Below, one piece after another: positions 1 through 9,263 of a stretch of DNA of 64,000 nucleotides. The stretch spans positions 155,416 through 219,415 of the forward strand of contig CAZIUK010000002.1 in the NCBI GenBank assembly GCA_964542785.1, read 5' to 3'. How positions within the stretch are numbered: position 1 is the stretch's first letter; each line of letters begins with the position of its first letter. The stretch is from an uncultured Planctomycetales bacterium (GTDB lineage: Bacteria; Omnitrophota; Gorgyraeia; Gygaellales; Profunditerraquicolaceae). Position numbers and translations under genes: made by a program. The notes under the pieces are model-generated. The model saw only the letters and a list, made by a program, of their open reading frames with translations. It did not search any database and was not told where the DNA came from.

Positions 1-1259
1 TCCGCATCAGTAATTTTATCTTGTCCGTCCGAGCCAAAACCAAAACGGGATATCTCCATAGAGCGGATGCCTTTTTGAAATGCCTCTTTAAAATTCCTTC
101 CAATGGACATCGCCTCTCCCACAGCCTTCATTGAAGTATTCAAGAGGCGCTGGGCGTAGGGGAATTTTTCAAAGGTAAAACGGCACATCTTAAAAACGCA
201 ATAATCCAGCGTAGGCTCAAAAAACGCAGAAGTCTTGCCTGTAATCTGGTTTGTCACTTCAGGCAACGTATAACCAACAGCAAGTTTCGTAGCAACACGC
301 GCAATAGGAAATCCGGTCGCCTTAGAGGCTAAGGCAGAAGAACGCGAAAGCCTTGGATTAACCTCAATAACTACAATTCTGCCATCCTTAGGATTTTGGC
401 CAAACTGTATATTCGCACCCCCCCCGGTTATCCCAATGCGGCGGATAATCCTCTTAGAAAGATTAACAAAGTTTTTGTATTCTTCTGCGGTTAATGTCTG
501 GGCCGGGGCAACAACAATGCTATCTCCCGTATGCACCCCCATAGGATCAAAGTTCTCCATAGAGGTAACGATGATTACATTATCAGCACAATCACGTAAT
601 ATTTCAAATTCAATCTCCTTCCATCCTAAAACAGACTCCTCGATCAAAACCTGACGGACCGGACTTGACTCTAAACTCTTTGATAAGGATCTTTTTAGCT
701 CTTCATGATTATAAGCGACAGACCCACCACTGCCCCCTAATGTATAGGCAGGCCTTAATATAAGAGGAAACCCTATGGCGCGACCCACTCTCATCCCTTC
801 AGCCAATGAAGTAACTATGCTACTTTTAGGAAGGCCAACCCCTATCCCCTGCATCGCTCTTTTAAAAATCCCCCTATCCTCAGCGCAAGATATGGAACTT
901 ATTGAAGCTCCGATAGACTCAACCCCGTATTTCTTTAAAACCCCTTTTTTCATAAGAAAGAAGGCTAGGTTAAGCCCTGTCTGTCCTCCTAGTGTTGGCA
1001 AAATAGCATCTGGACGTTCTTTAGCAATAACCTTAGTTAACATCTCAACAGTCAGAGGTTCAATATAAGTAACATCCGCCATGCCCGGATCAGTCATTAT
1101 TGTCGCTGGGTTAGAATTTATAAGTATAGTAAAATAACCCTCCTCTTTTAAGGCCTTGCACGCCTGAGAGCCTGAGTAATCAAACTCACAAGCTTGGCCA
1201 ATGACAATGGGCCCGGAACCAATTATTAGAATCTTTTTAATATCTCTTCTACGGGGCAC
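1..1259 (-). CDS. carB: Carbamoyl-phosphate synthase large subunit, N-terminal part (gene continues beyond window start)
   Basis: Minus-strand translation from GTG at 1257-1259 gives [42 protein letters not shown]..., the typical CarB N-terminus with ATP-grasp motifs. It lies 3 nt after the carA stop. Confidence 0.9.
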   Translation of the reverse strand, partial: MPRRRDIKKILIIGSGPIVIGQACEFDYSGSQACKALKEEGYFTILINSNPATIMTDPGMADVTYIEPLTVEMLTKVIAKERPDAILPTLGGQTGLNLAFFLMKKGVLKKYGVESIGASISSISCAEDRGIFKRAMQGIGVGLPKSSIVTSLAEGMRVGRAIGFPLILRPAYTLGGSGGSVAYNHEELKRSLSKSLESSPVRQVLIEESVLGWKEIEFEILRDCADNVIIVTSMENFDPMGVHTGDSIVVAPAQTLTAEEYKNFVNLSKRIIRRIGITGGGANIQFGQNPKDGRIVVIEVNPRLSRSSALASKATGFPIARVATKLAVGYTLPEVTNQITGKTSAFFEPTLDYCVFKMCRFTFEKFPYAQRLLNTSMKAVGEAMSIGRNFKEAFQKGIRSMEISRFGFGSDGQDKITDA

Positions 1260-1262
1260 AGG

Positions 1263-2339
1263 CTAACTTCCTTTCAAGATACCCTTAAACCTTAGGATAT
1301 CCGCATTAACTTCATTACATCCCGGCGAATAAGGAATATATTGTACTGCTATTATTTTTAACCGTCTACTTTCAAATCTTTCTACTGTCCTATCATTTAG
1401 ATTATACCCGGTAATCTTTACCCCTCGCACCTTAAGTAAAGAAATAGGGTCTATGGCATAAGTATGGTTTTGAATAGTAATCTCTCCCTTAGAAGAAGCG
1501 GGGTTTTGCACCGGATAATTCATCCCCCTATGCCCTATTTTCAACCTATGAAGCTTAGCTGCCAAACCTAAAGCCAAAACTAAACTCCCAGAAGATATTC
1601 CTAAAATAGGCATCCTTCCTAGTAAAGGTTTGATATTTTCAGCAACCTTCTCCAATTCAATAATATTCTCAGGGCCTCCGGCAATAACTAAGCCCTTGGG
1701 TTTTAACTTTATTACCTCTGAAACAGTAGTATTATACGGTAAGAGGATTATTGAAAACCCTAAACGCTCAATCTGCCTTATAATACTCCTTGTCGCCCCC
1801 AAATCTAATATTACTATCTTCTTGCCCCTTGACTTGTCTAACCTTTTTAACTTATTCACTGAGACCTCTTTAAGCATATCTAAAAAAGGGCTTTGACGGA
1901 ATGCGCGAATCTTCTCAACAAGATTCTTGGTATCAAAAGATTCTGTAGAAATTACCCCATATAAAGGCCCTCTTTGCCTTAAGTGTATCGCAAGCATGCG
2001 CGTATCAAGAGAATGTAATACAAATAATTTATTTTTCTGCGCAAAACTCTTCAAGCTCTCTTTAGCCTGCCAGTTTGAATATACCTGAGATTCCTCTTTA
2101 ACAACAAGCCCGGCAACCCTAACTTTATCAGACTCGCTAAACTTAGGCGCACAACCATAATTACCTATAATAGGATAAGTTAAAACTAATATTTTCCCCA
2201 AGTTTGCAGGATCAGTTATCATCTCCTGATATCCGACAACTCCGGTATTTACAATAATCTCCCCAACCCTCTCTATCCTTATCCCGTTAGATTCGCCTAT
2301 AAAGCTCTTTCCGTCCTCAAGAACCAAAATAGCCTGCAT
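1263..2339 (-). CDS. carA: Carbamoyl-phosphate synthase small subunit (glutamine amidotransferase)
   Basis: The 358-aa ORF has the CarA N-domain and class-I GATase motifs (GISSGSLVLALG, HRG). It is followed directly by carB. Confidence 0.92.
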   Translation of the reverse strand: MQAILVLEDGKSFIGESNGIRIERVGEIIVNTGVVGYQEMITDPANLGKILVLTYPIIGNYGCAPKFSESDKVRVAGLVVKEESQVYSNWQAKESLKSFAQKNKLFVLHSLDTRMLAIHLRQRGPLYGVISTESFDTKNLVEKIRAFRQSPFLDMLKEVSVNKLKRLDKSRGKKIVILDLGATRSIIRQIERLGFSIILLPYNTTVSEVIKLKPKGLVIAGGPENIIELEKVAENIKPLLGRMPILGISSGSLVLALGLAAKLHRLKIGHRGMNYPVQNPASSKGEITIQNHTYAIDPISLLKVRGVKITGYNLNDRTVERFESRRLKIIAVQYIPYSPGCNEVNADILRFKGILKGS

Positions 2340-2809
2340 TACTCATCCTCCAAAACTACTTTAGATAGAATATCTTTGACTATCTTCACTACCTTATCAA
2401 TCTCATCTACCCGGATAACTCCAGATATATTCCAATACTTAAACCCTATTACCGGAATATTAAACTGCAGACAATAGGCTATCTCTGATAAAGTTCCTGC
2501 CCTTCCCGGAAAAGCAACAACAACATCTGCACTCTTAACTACTAAAACATTTCTTGCTAATCCCATACCACTAGGAATAACAATATCTACATACTTATTT
2601 GCAGCAGATTTATTATAACCCGGAATAATACCTATTGTAACCCCGCCTCCTTGCCTAAAGCCCTTACAAGCATGGTTCATTACCCCACTAAGCCCTCCAC
2701 ATACAAGATAATCTCCCACTTTAGCAAGTTTAACACCTAATTTATAGGCTAAATCCTCCACTTTATTACTACATATATGACCGCCTATCACCCCTATAAT
2801 TTTTTTCAT
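2339..2809 (-). CDS. TIGR00725/LOG-family Rossmann-fold protein (putative nucleotide N-glycosidase-like)
   Basis: The 156-aa ORF has a Gly-rich VCGGLSGVM stretch and a PGRAGTLSEI motif (LOG PGGxGTxxE-like). It overlaps the carA start by 1 nt. Confidence 0.6.
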   Translation of the reverse strand: MKKIIGVIGGHICSNKVEDLAYKLGVKLAKVGDYLVCGGLSGVMNHACKGFRQGGGVTIGIIPGYNKSAANKYVDIVIPSGMGLARNVLVVKSADVVVAFPGRAGTLSEIAYCLQFNIPVIGFKYWNISGVIRVDEIDKVVKIVKDILSKVVLEDE

Positions 2810-2861
2810 TATATCTTTCTGTTTATAACCTCAACATAGGCATATTACAGTATATACTAAT

Positions 2862-2933
2862 TGCGCCTGGACAGAATCGAACTGTCACATTTAGCTCCGG
2901 AGGCTAACGCCCTATCCATTAGGCTACAGGCGC
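2862..2933 (-). tRNA. tRNA-Arg (anticodon CCG)
   Basis: The reverse complement folds as a 72-nt cloverleaf: acceptor GCGCCTG/CAGGCGC, anticodon stem TTAGC/GCTAA with loop CTCCGGA, T-arm GACAG-TTCGATT-CTGTC. No CCA is encoded. Confidence 0.85.
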
Positions 2934-2978
2934 ATTAATAAGCTGCCTGCTATCTAAAAATAAAACTAGAACTCCCTC

Positions 2979-4211
2979 TTAAAACAGCCTTAACTGCTCT
3001 TCCCCTCTTGTCTCTTTATCTTCAAATATAGAAATCTTTCCGTATTCTCCATCAAAACCAGCCTTTATATCTACCTTACCTTCCCGAACTCTTAAAATAC
3101 CTTCGGCTATTCTTACAGCTGTCCCTTTTAACAACTCTTCCTTTGGCACCCGCGTTAATATCTCAAATTCCGTGCCAAATTTAGCAATCATGCTACGGTA
3201 ATCACGCCCCACGGCAACACTCGCCTTACCAATACCTTTAGCATCAGCAATTATCTCATCTAAAGGAATTAAATTTATAAACGGTATGGCGTCAACGGGC
3301 TTAAAACCATCCGGCCTATCCGCTAAAGACTCTACCCTATTTAAAACTCCTACGGTAACCTGCTTCCCACATTTAGGACATTTACCACTATATTTTTTAG
3401 TCTCCTGCGGAGACCACCTTATCCCACAAAGCCTATGTCCGTCAAAATGATACTTTCCTTCTTCCGGGAAAAACTCTATCGTATAAAGAAACTTATCCTT
3501 ATCCTTTGTTTTTAGCACTTGCCGAATCTCATTATAATCGAGCGCGCAATTAAAAACATTCGCCTCCCTTCCTATCTTCTGCGGAGAATGAGAATCGCTA
3601 TTTGAAATCAGAGTAAATTTATCTAAAGCGCTTAGTCTCCAATTCATCGCCGGATCCGAAGAAAGTCCTGTTTCAAGCGCAAATATCTTTGGGGTTTGTT
3701 TCTCAAAACAATCTTCTATCCTATCAAATCCAGACATAGAGCCAAATAAAGAAAACCAGGGAGTCCAGATGTGCCCGGGGATAATCATACAATTCTCATC
3801 TATATCAAAAACAATACGAGCAAGTTCTGCGGCATCAAGCCCTAAAATCGGTCTTCCATCCGAGGATAAATTGCCAATTCTACCTAAAATATCATTTATC
3901 TGGTCTACAATCTTAAATGAAGGGGCAAATATTAAGTTGTGTATCCTATAAGTCTTGCCTTTCTTTGAGTAGATACTGCTGACTTCCGCAGTTAATATAA
4001 AACTTACTCCATTGTATGCATAAAGCCCATTACCACAATCCTCTAAGTTCGCCTTAAGCTCCTCAAGCCATAAATGATGGGTAAAATCTCCTGTTCCCAT
4101 AAGGGCTATGCCTTTAAACTTTGCCCATTCTGCTAAATTCTTAATATCCATATTTCGGCTCGTAGCCCGGGAATACTTTGAGTGAATATGAAAGTCGGCT
4201 ATGAATTCCAC
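2979..4211 (-). CDS. EndoQ-like PHP-domain endonuclease (TIGR00375 family) with C-terminal Zn ribbon
   Basis: The 410-aa ORF starts MEFIADFHIHSKYSRATS (PHP His motif) and has a CPKCGKQ...C zinc ribbon. It overlaps the pyrC stop by 13 nt. Confidence 0.6.
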   Translation of the reverse strand: MEFIADFHIHSKYSRATSRNMDIKNLAEWAKFKGIALMGTGDFTHHLWLEELKANLEDCGNGLYAYNGVSFILTAEVSSIYSKKGKTYRIHNLIFAPSFKIVDQINDILGRIGNLSSDGRPILGLDAAELARIVFDIDENCMIIPGHIWTPWFSLFGSMSGFDRIEDCFEKQTPKIFALETGLSSDPAMNWRLSALDKFTLISNSDSHSPQKIGREANVFNCALDYNEIRQVLKTKDKDKFLYTIEFFPEEGKYHFDGHRLCGIRWSPQETKKYSGKCPKCGKQVTVGVLNRVESLADRPDGFKPVDAIPFINLIPLDEIIADAKGIGKASVAVGRDYRSMIAKFGTEFEILTRVPKEELLKGTAVRIAEGILRVREGKVDIKAGFDGEYGKISIFEDKETRGEEQLRLF

Positions 4212-5476
4212 TTATGCACCTTACCTAAACAAATAGTATATTCTACGCAACCTTTAAGTGAGCCGCCTATAAACGGAGAATTCTTAGATTTAGACAAAAA
4301 ATACTCTTTAGTAATCCTGCGTTCTTTAATAGGGTCAATTATGGCGATGTCCGCATCAGCGCCCACAGAAAGACTCCCTTTATTTATACCCAAGATGCGT
4401 GCAGGATTTAATGACATTCTTTTAACTAAATCAGCCCATCCTAAAATACCCTTACCTACTAACTCTGTTACGGCGGCTAAGAACGCAGTCTCTAAACCAA
4501 TCACTCCGAATTCTGCACGCTCAAACTCTATATCTTTTTCATTTTCAGTATGAGGCGCATGGTCTGAGGCAATCACGTCAATTATCCCGGAAGATATAGC
4601 GTCCTTAAGCGCCTGAGAATCTGCCGCGCTTCTTAATGGCGGATTCATTTTAAAATTAGTATCATAAGTTAATACCGCTTCCTCTGTCAGACTAAAATAA
4701 TGAGGACAGGTCTCTGCCGTAACTCTTATGCCTTCTTGCTTTGCCTTAAATACCGCATCAACCGATTCAAGGCAACTTAGATGCGCTATATGAACCTTTG
4801 CCTTTGCCTCTTTAGCTAATTCAATATCCCGCAAGACCCTTTTATACTCGGATTCTTTGGATATACCCCTTAGGCCTAACCGGGTAGAGGTAAAACCCAA
4901 ATTAACCACCCCGGCACAAGAAGCAGACTTATCTTCAGAGTGACAAATAACAAGTACCCCTTCTTTAACTGCTTCTTTGAAAGCCGCGAGCATAAGACTA
5001 TCCGAATCAACGGATGCTCCATCATCAGAAATTGCAATAGCACCTTCTCTTTTCAGGGCTTCTATATCTACAAGGTTTTTACCTGCCCTCTCTTTTGTGA
5101 TTGTTCCACAAATAAAAACATTTGCCTGAGCGTCTGCGCTTATTCTATCTTTTAAAATCTTAATATTATCAACGGAGTCCATAGCAGGAGTAGTATTAGG
5201 CATGGCTAAGACACTAGTTACACCTCCAGCAAGCGCGGCTATTGTGCCCGAGTAAATGGTCTCTTTATCCTCCCTGCCTGGCTCTCTTAAATGCACGTGC
5301 ATATCTACCAAACCGGGAATTACTATCTTCCCGCTCGCCTCAATTATTTCAACTGCCACATCCTTAATGCTAGATGAAACCTTAATAATCTTACTATCCT
5401 CGATTAAAAGATCGAGAACGCTATCTATATTATTGTACGGGTCAACAACTCTACCGCCTCTAATCAATATCGCCAT
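4199..5476 (-). CDS. pyrC: Dihydroorotase
   Basis: The 425-aa ORF has DMHVHLREPG and the SDHAPH metal-binding motifs. Confidence 0.9.
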   Translation of the reverse strand: MAILIRGGRVVDPYNNIDSVLDLLIEDSKIIKVSSSIKDVAVEIIEASGKIVIPGLVDMHVHLREPGREDKETIYSGTIAALAGGVTSVLAMPNTTPAMDSVDNIKILKDRISADAQANVFICGTITKERAGKNLVDIEALKREGAIAISDDGASVDSDSLMLAAFKEAVKEGVLVICHSEDKSASCAGVVNLGFTSTRLGLRGISKESEYKRVLRDIELAKEAKAKVHIAHLSCLESVDAVFKAKQEGIRVTAETCPHYFSLTEEAVLTYDTNFKMNPPLRSAADSQALKDAISSGIIDVIASDHAPHTENEKDIEFERAEFGVIGLETAFLAAVTELVGKGILGWADLVKRMSLNPARILGINKGSLSVGADADIAIIDPIKERRITKEYFLSKSKNSPFIGGSLKGCVEYTICLGKVHKWNS

Positions 5477-6407
5477 TTTTTATTCTTTCGTTAGCCTGCG
5501 AGACTAAATACAAAACTGCCATGCGCACGGCTATCCCATTAATAACCTGTTCTAAAATCACAGAGTTTTCTCCATCCGCAACTTGGCTTGATATCTCTAT
5601 CCCGCGGTTAATCGGCCCGGGGTGCATAACAACTATTCCCCTTTTTGCCCTCTTTATCCTCTCTTCGGTAATCCCAAAATTCTTAAAGTATTCTAACTGC
5701 TCAGGAAAAGCTGCTCCTCCATCCCTCTCAAACTGCATCCGTAAAACATTAACAGCATCAGCATCTTTTAAAGCCTCCTCTATATTGTCGGTAACTTCAA
5801 CACCAAACCCTTCAACACCTGCAGGGACAAGCATTTTCGGAGCACAAAAAGTAACCTTAGCCCCCAACTTAACTAAACCCCATGCATTTGAACGGGCTAC
5901 ACGAGAATGGGCAATATCTCCTACTATAGTTACTTTTAACCCCTGCAACCTCCCTAGCGTTTCCTTTAAGGTAAAAATATCCAATAAGGCTTGCGTAGGA
6001 TGCTCATGCCAACCATCCCCAGCATTTACTACACTTATATTAAGATGCCGGGCAAGTATAGCCGCTGCCCCGGATGCATTGTGACGTACAACAACAATAT
6101 CCGCCTTAAGGGCTTCAATATTACGCCCGGTATCAATTAAGGTCTCCCCTTTTTTAACACTTGAGGTCTCGGTAGCTATATTAATCACATCTGCCGATAA
6201 CCTCTTTGCCGCTACCTCAAATGATACGCGGGTACGCGTAGATGGCTCATAAAATAAGTTAACTACGGTCTTGCCGCGCAAAGCAGGAACTTTTTTTATC
6301 TCTCGGGTAGAAACCTCTTTAAAAGATTCAGCAGTAGATAAAATGAGCTCAATCTCTTCTTTACTTAAATATTCCAGCCCTAATAAATCTTTTTTAACCC
6401 AACTCAT
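5460..6407 (-). CDS. pyrB: Aspartate carbamoyltransferase catalytic subunit
   Basis: The 315-aa ORF has the STRTRVSFE and HPTQAL motifs. Confidence 0.93.
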   Translation of the reverse strand: MSWVKKDLLGLEYLSKEEIELILSTAESFKEVSTREIKKVPALRGKTVVNLFYEPSTRTRVSFEVAAKRLSADVINIATETSSVKKGETLIDTGRNIEALKADIVVVRHNASGAAAILARHLNISVVNAGDGWHEHPTQALLDIFTLKETLGRLQGLKVTIVGDIAHSRVARSNAWGLVKLGAKVTFCAPKMLVPAGVEGFGVEVTDNIEEALKDADAVNVLRMQFERDGGAAFPEQLEYFKNFGITEERIKRAKRGIVVMHPGPINRGIEISSQVADGENSVILEQVINGIAVRMAVLYLVSQANERIKNGDID

Positions 6408-6940
6408 TCTTCTAAAATTACAACTTCTTCTTCCCCATCCGCTTCCAATAACCGAACCTGGATTGTTTCATGCTTTGCAGTAGGGATATTCTTACCTACA
6501 TAATCGGCCCTTATAGGCAACTCCCGATGACCGCGGTCAATTAGAACTGCTAACTGTATTGACTCAGGTCTGCCAAAATCAGTTAAGGCGTCTAATGCTG
6601 CACGTATAGTCCTACCGGTATATAAGACATCATCAACAAGGACGAGTAATTTATTGTTAATATCAAAACCTATCTCTGTCTTGCGCACAATAGGCTGCCC
6701 AGAGGCTAGCGCAAGATCATCGCGATAAAGGGTAATATCTAAGACCCCAAATAATACATCGCCTCCTTCAATTTTTTTAATCTGCTCTGCCAAGCGCCTA
6801 GCTAAAAAAACTCCGCGATTCCTTATCCCTATAAGGCATAGATTCTGCGTCCCTTTATTCTTCTCAACTATCTCATGGGCAATGCGCATTAAAGCACGGC
6901 TTATAGCCTCTTTGTCTAATATCCTAGCCTTCTCTTTCAT
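6404..6940 (-). CDS. pyrR: Bifunctional pyrimidine operon regulatory protein / uracil phosphoribosyltransferase PyrR
   Basis: The 178-aa ORF starts [30 protein letters not shown] and has the PRPP-binding [12 protein letters not shown] motif. Confidence 0.9.
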   Translation of the reverse strand: MKEKARILDKEAISRALMRIAHEIVEKNKGTQNLCLIGIRNRGVFLARRLAEQIKKIEGGDVLFGVLDITLYRDDLALASGQPIVRKTEIGFDINNKLLVLVDDVLYTGRTIRAALDALTDFGRPESIQLAVLIDRGHRELPIRADYVGKNIPTAKHETIQVRLLEADGEEEVVILEE

Positions 6941-6942
6941 CT

Positions 6943-6982
6943 TTCAAAATAAAAAAAATACCCTAGGCCTTTATGCCTAGGG
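6943..6982 (-). terminator. Rho-independent terminator / attenuator hairpin immediately upstream of pyrR
   Basis: A perfect 8-bp stem CCCTAGGC/GCCTAGGG with a 6-nt loop at 6961-6982 is followed on the minus strand by TATTTTTTTTATTTTG. It also ends the rsmI transcript. Confidence 0.6.
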
Positions 6983-7010
6983 TATCTAATATGCAGGTTA
7001 TAAACTCCAT

Positions 7011-7060
7011 TACTCTCTCCGCCTTGCCTGCCTCTCCGGGCAAGCCTTAAAGGTCTTTTT
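7011..7060 (-). promoter_or_regulatory. Putative PyrR-binding anti-antiterminator RNA element
   Basis: The minus-strand RNA reads GGCUUGCCCGGAGAGGCAGGCAAGGCGGAGAGAGU, which contains CCGGAGAGGC resembling the PyrR binding-loop consensus (CCAGAGAGGC) inside a stem. Confidence 0.4.
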
Positions 7061-7133
7061 AATTTAAGGTAAGTATACCACGATCAAATCCTTTGTCAAG
7101 GCTAAAAATTAAAATGTCCAAATAATAATGCCC

Positions 7134-7787
7134 TTATAAGACAACTACAAATTCACCGCGAGGCTTTTCTTTAAGAAACTTCGTTAAAATCTCTTGCGGC
7201 ACACCACGGATAACTTCTTCAAATCTTTTAGTCAACTCCCGCGCTACGACTATATTTCTCTGAGGAGATGCTTCTGTAAGGGCTTTTAATGTAAATAGAA
7301 TCCTATGGGAAGACTCATAAAAAACTACCGTAGAGCGTACTTTAACCAAGTCTTTTAATTTATTTTCCCGGGCAATTTTTTTATTCGGCAAAAACCCCGC
7401 AAAATAAAATTCATGAGTCGGCTTTCCAGATAATACAAGGGCATTAATAAAAGCGCTAGCACCCGGTATAAACGTAAAGGAAATATTGTTTTTTACAGCT
7501 AAATTGATTAAATTATACCCCGGGTCAAGTATTCCTGGAGTCCCTGCGTCAGAGACAAGCGCAACATCCTTACCTCTCTTAAGAAAAGAGATTAAATACT
7601 CTCCCTTAATAACCCTATTATGCTGAAAAAAACTAGTAGTAGGTTTATCAATATTATATTCTCTGAGCAAAATTTTTGTATGGCGGGTATCTTCACATGC
7701 AATAAGGTCAACTGATTTTAAAACCTCTATTGCTCGAAGGGTAATGTCTTTTAAGTTTCCTATCGGCGTTGCTACTATATACAACAT
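7134..7787 (-). CDS. rsmI: 16S rRNA (cytidine1402-2'-O)-methyltransferase
   Basis: The 217-aa ORF is tetrapyrrole-methylase-like, with LYIVATPIGNLKDIT, ACEDTRHT and GTPGISDPG-like motifs. Confidence 0.85.
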   Translation of the reverse strand: MLYIVATPIGNLKDITLRAIEVLKSVDLIACEDTRHTKILLREYNIDKPTTSFFQHNRVIKGEYLISFLKRGKDVALVSDAGTPGILDPGYNLINLAVKNNISFTFIPGASAFINALVLSGKPTHEFYFAGFLPNKKIARENKLKDLVKVRSTVVFYESSHRILFTLKALTEASPQRNIVVARELTKRFEEVIRGVPQEILTKFLKEKPRGEFVVVL

Positions 7788-7793
7788 ATTAGG

Positions 7794-8978
7794 TTATTCA
7801 ACAGTAACCGCTTTAGTAAGGTTACGTGGTTGGTCAACATTATAACCTCTTTTGGCTGCGATATGATAAGCTAATAGTTGCAAGGGTATTACTACTAAAA
7901 GGGGAGAGAAGAATTCATTGATTCTTGGTAGAACAATTCTCTCGCAAGTTAACCTTTCTACTAAGCTATCTCCTTTACTAACGACAGCAATAATCTTCCC
8001 CTTGCGCAAGCGAATCTCCCGAATACTAGAAACCATCTTCTCGTAGACTTTTGATTGCGGGGCAATACAAACTGCTACACAATGTTCATCTATCAAAGCA
8101 ACCGGTCCATGCTTTAACTCTCCGCCTGCATATCCTTCTGCCGGTATATAAGAAACCTCCTTCAATTTTAATGCCCCTTCCAAAGCAGAGGGATAATTAA
8201 TATTGCGCCCTAAATAAAGAAAAACCCCAAAGTTAGAATACCTACGGGCAATAGTAGCTATCTTCTTTTGATCTTTTAAAATATCTTCTATGCATTTGGG
8301 CGCCTTGCACAACTCTTTTGTCAACTTTTTAACCTTGCCAGATGGTATAATTTTTCTTACCTTCGCTAAATACAAGGCGAAAAGATACAACGCAGCAAGC
8401 TGGGTAGTATAAGTCTTTGTGGCGGCTATGCCTACTTCAAGTCCAGCATTCGTATGGATAGTTCCGTCGGAATTAAGGGTTAACGCAGAACCTAACACAT
8501 TACAAATAGTAAGCACCCTTGCACCTCTTAGCCTTGCCAAACGTACTCCGGATAAAGTATCCGCGGTCTCCCCTGACTGGCTTATTGCAATAACCAAAGT
8601 ATTAGGACCGATCAACGGATCACGATAATGAAATTCGCTTGAGACCTCTACATTCACAGGAATGCGGCATAAAGATTCTATAATATACTTGCCTACTAAC
8701 CCAGCATGATAGGATGTCCCACAGGCTATAATAAAAATGTCTTTTACTCTACCTAAGACTTCTTTTGGAATTTCTCCTTCTTGAAATTCTATCTTTTGGG
8801 TTTTTTTATTTATCCTGCTACTTAAAAAATTTTCTAAGGTTTTTGACTGCTCATTAATCTCTTTTAACATAAAATGAGCAAAGTCATTTTCTTGGGCCTG
8901 CGGTATATTCTTGTGGATACGATTATTTTTTTTACCTACCTGGCGGGTTGCATAATCCATAACTTTTGAGTGCTTCAT
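7794..8978 (-). CDS. SIS-domain sugar-phosphate isomerase homologous to the GlmS C-terminal half (no glutaminase domain)
   Basis: The ORF runs to 9071. I place the start at M32 (MKHSKV, 8976-8978), which has an AAGAGAGAGG Shine-Dalgarno upstream. It contains HFMLKEINEQ, two SIS motifs and the GlmS-like C-terminal tail KAVTVE. There is no Cys2 and no Ntn glutaminase domain. Confidence 0.6.
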   Translation of the reverse strand: MKHSKVMDYATRQVGKKNNRIHKNIPQAQENDFAHFMLKEINEQSKTLENFLSSRINKKTQKIEFQEGEIPKEVLGRVKDIFIIACGTSYHAGLVGKYIIESLCRIPVNVEVSSEFHYRDPLIGPNTLVIAISQSGETADTLSGVRLARLRGARVLTICNVLGSALTLNSDGTIHTNAGLEVGIAATKTYTTQLAALYLFALYLAKVRKIIPSGKVKKLTKELCKAPKCIEDILKDQKKIATIARRYSNFGVFLYLGRNINYPSALEGALKLKEVSYIPAEGYAGGELKHGPVALIDEHCVAVCIAPQSKVYEKMVSSIREIRLRKGKIIAVVSKGDSLVERLTCERIVLPRINEFFSPLLVVIPLQLLAYHIAAKRGYNVDQPRNLTKAVTVE

Positions 8979-9182
8979 ATAAATACCTCTCTCTTTAAGG
9001 GTTGCGCTAGTCCGTTTATATTCCCGTATTTTCCTTGAACACCGAAGGTGCTTTAGGACTTTATAAAGCAATTCCGCTTTTGTTATACCCGCGGCACCTA
9101 AGCGTTTTAACCCTATCAGAAAAAGGTATTCTGTGTTGGATTTACACTTGTATACTTAACTATTCCGCACATAAAAATAAAG

Positions 9183-9257
9183 TGACCCTGACGGGATTTG
9201 AACCCGTGCCGAGAGCTTGAAAAGCTCTTGTCCTAGACCAGGCTAGACGACAGGGTC
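9183..9257 (-). tRNA. tRNA-Glu (anticodon UUC)
   Basis: The reverse complement is GACCCTGTCGTCTAGCCTGGTCTAGGACAAGAGCTTTTCAAGCTCT...CGGGTTCAAATCCCGTCAGGGTCA. The anticodon loop TTTTCAA gives UUC. No CCA is encoded. Confidence 0.85.
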
Positions 9258-9263
9258 TAGAAT

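Noticed and set aside
436-1068. Two plus-strand ORFs (72 and 97 aa)
   Set aside because: They are antisense to the strongly supported carB N-terminal coding region.
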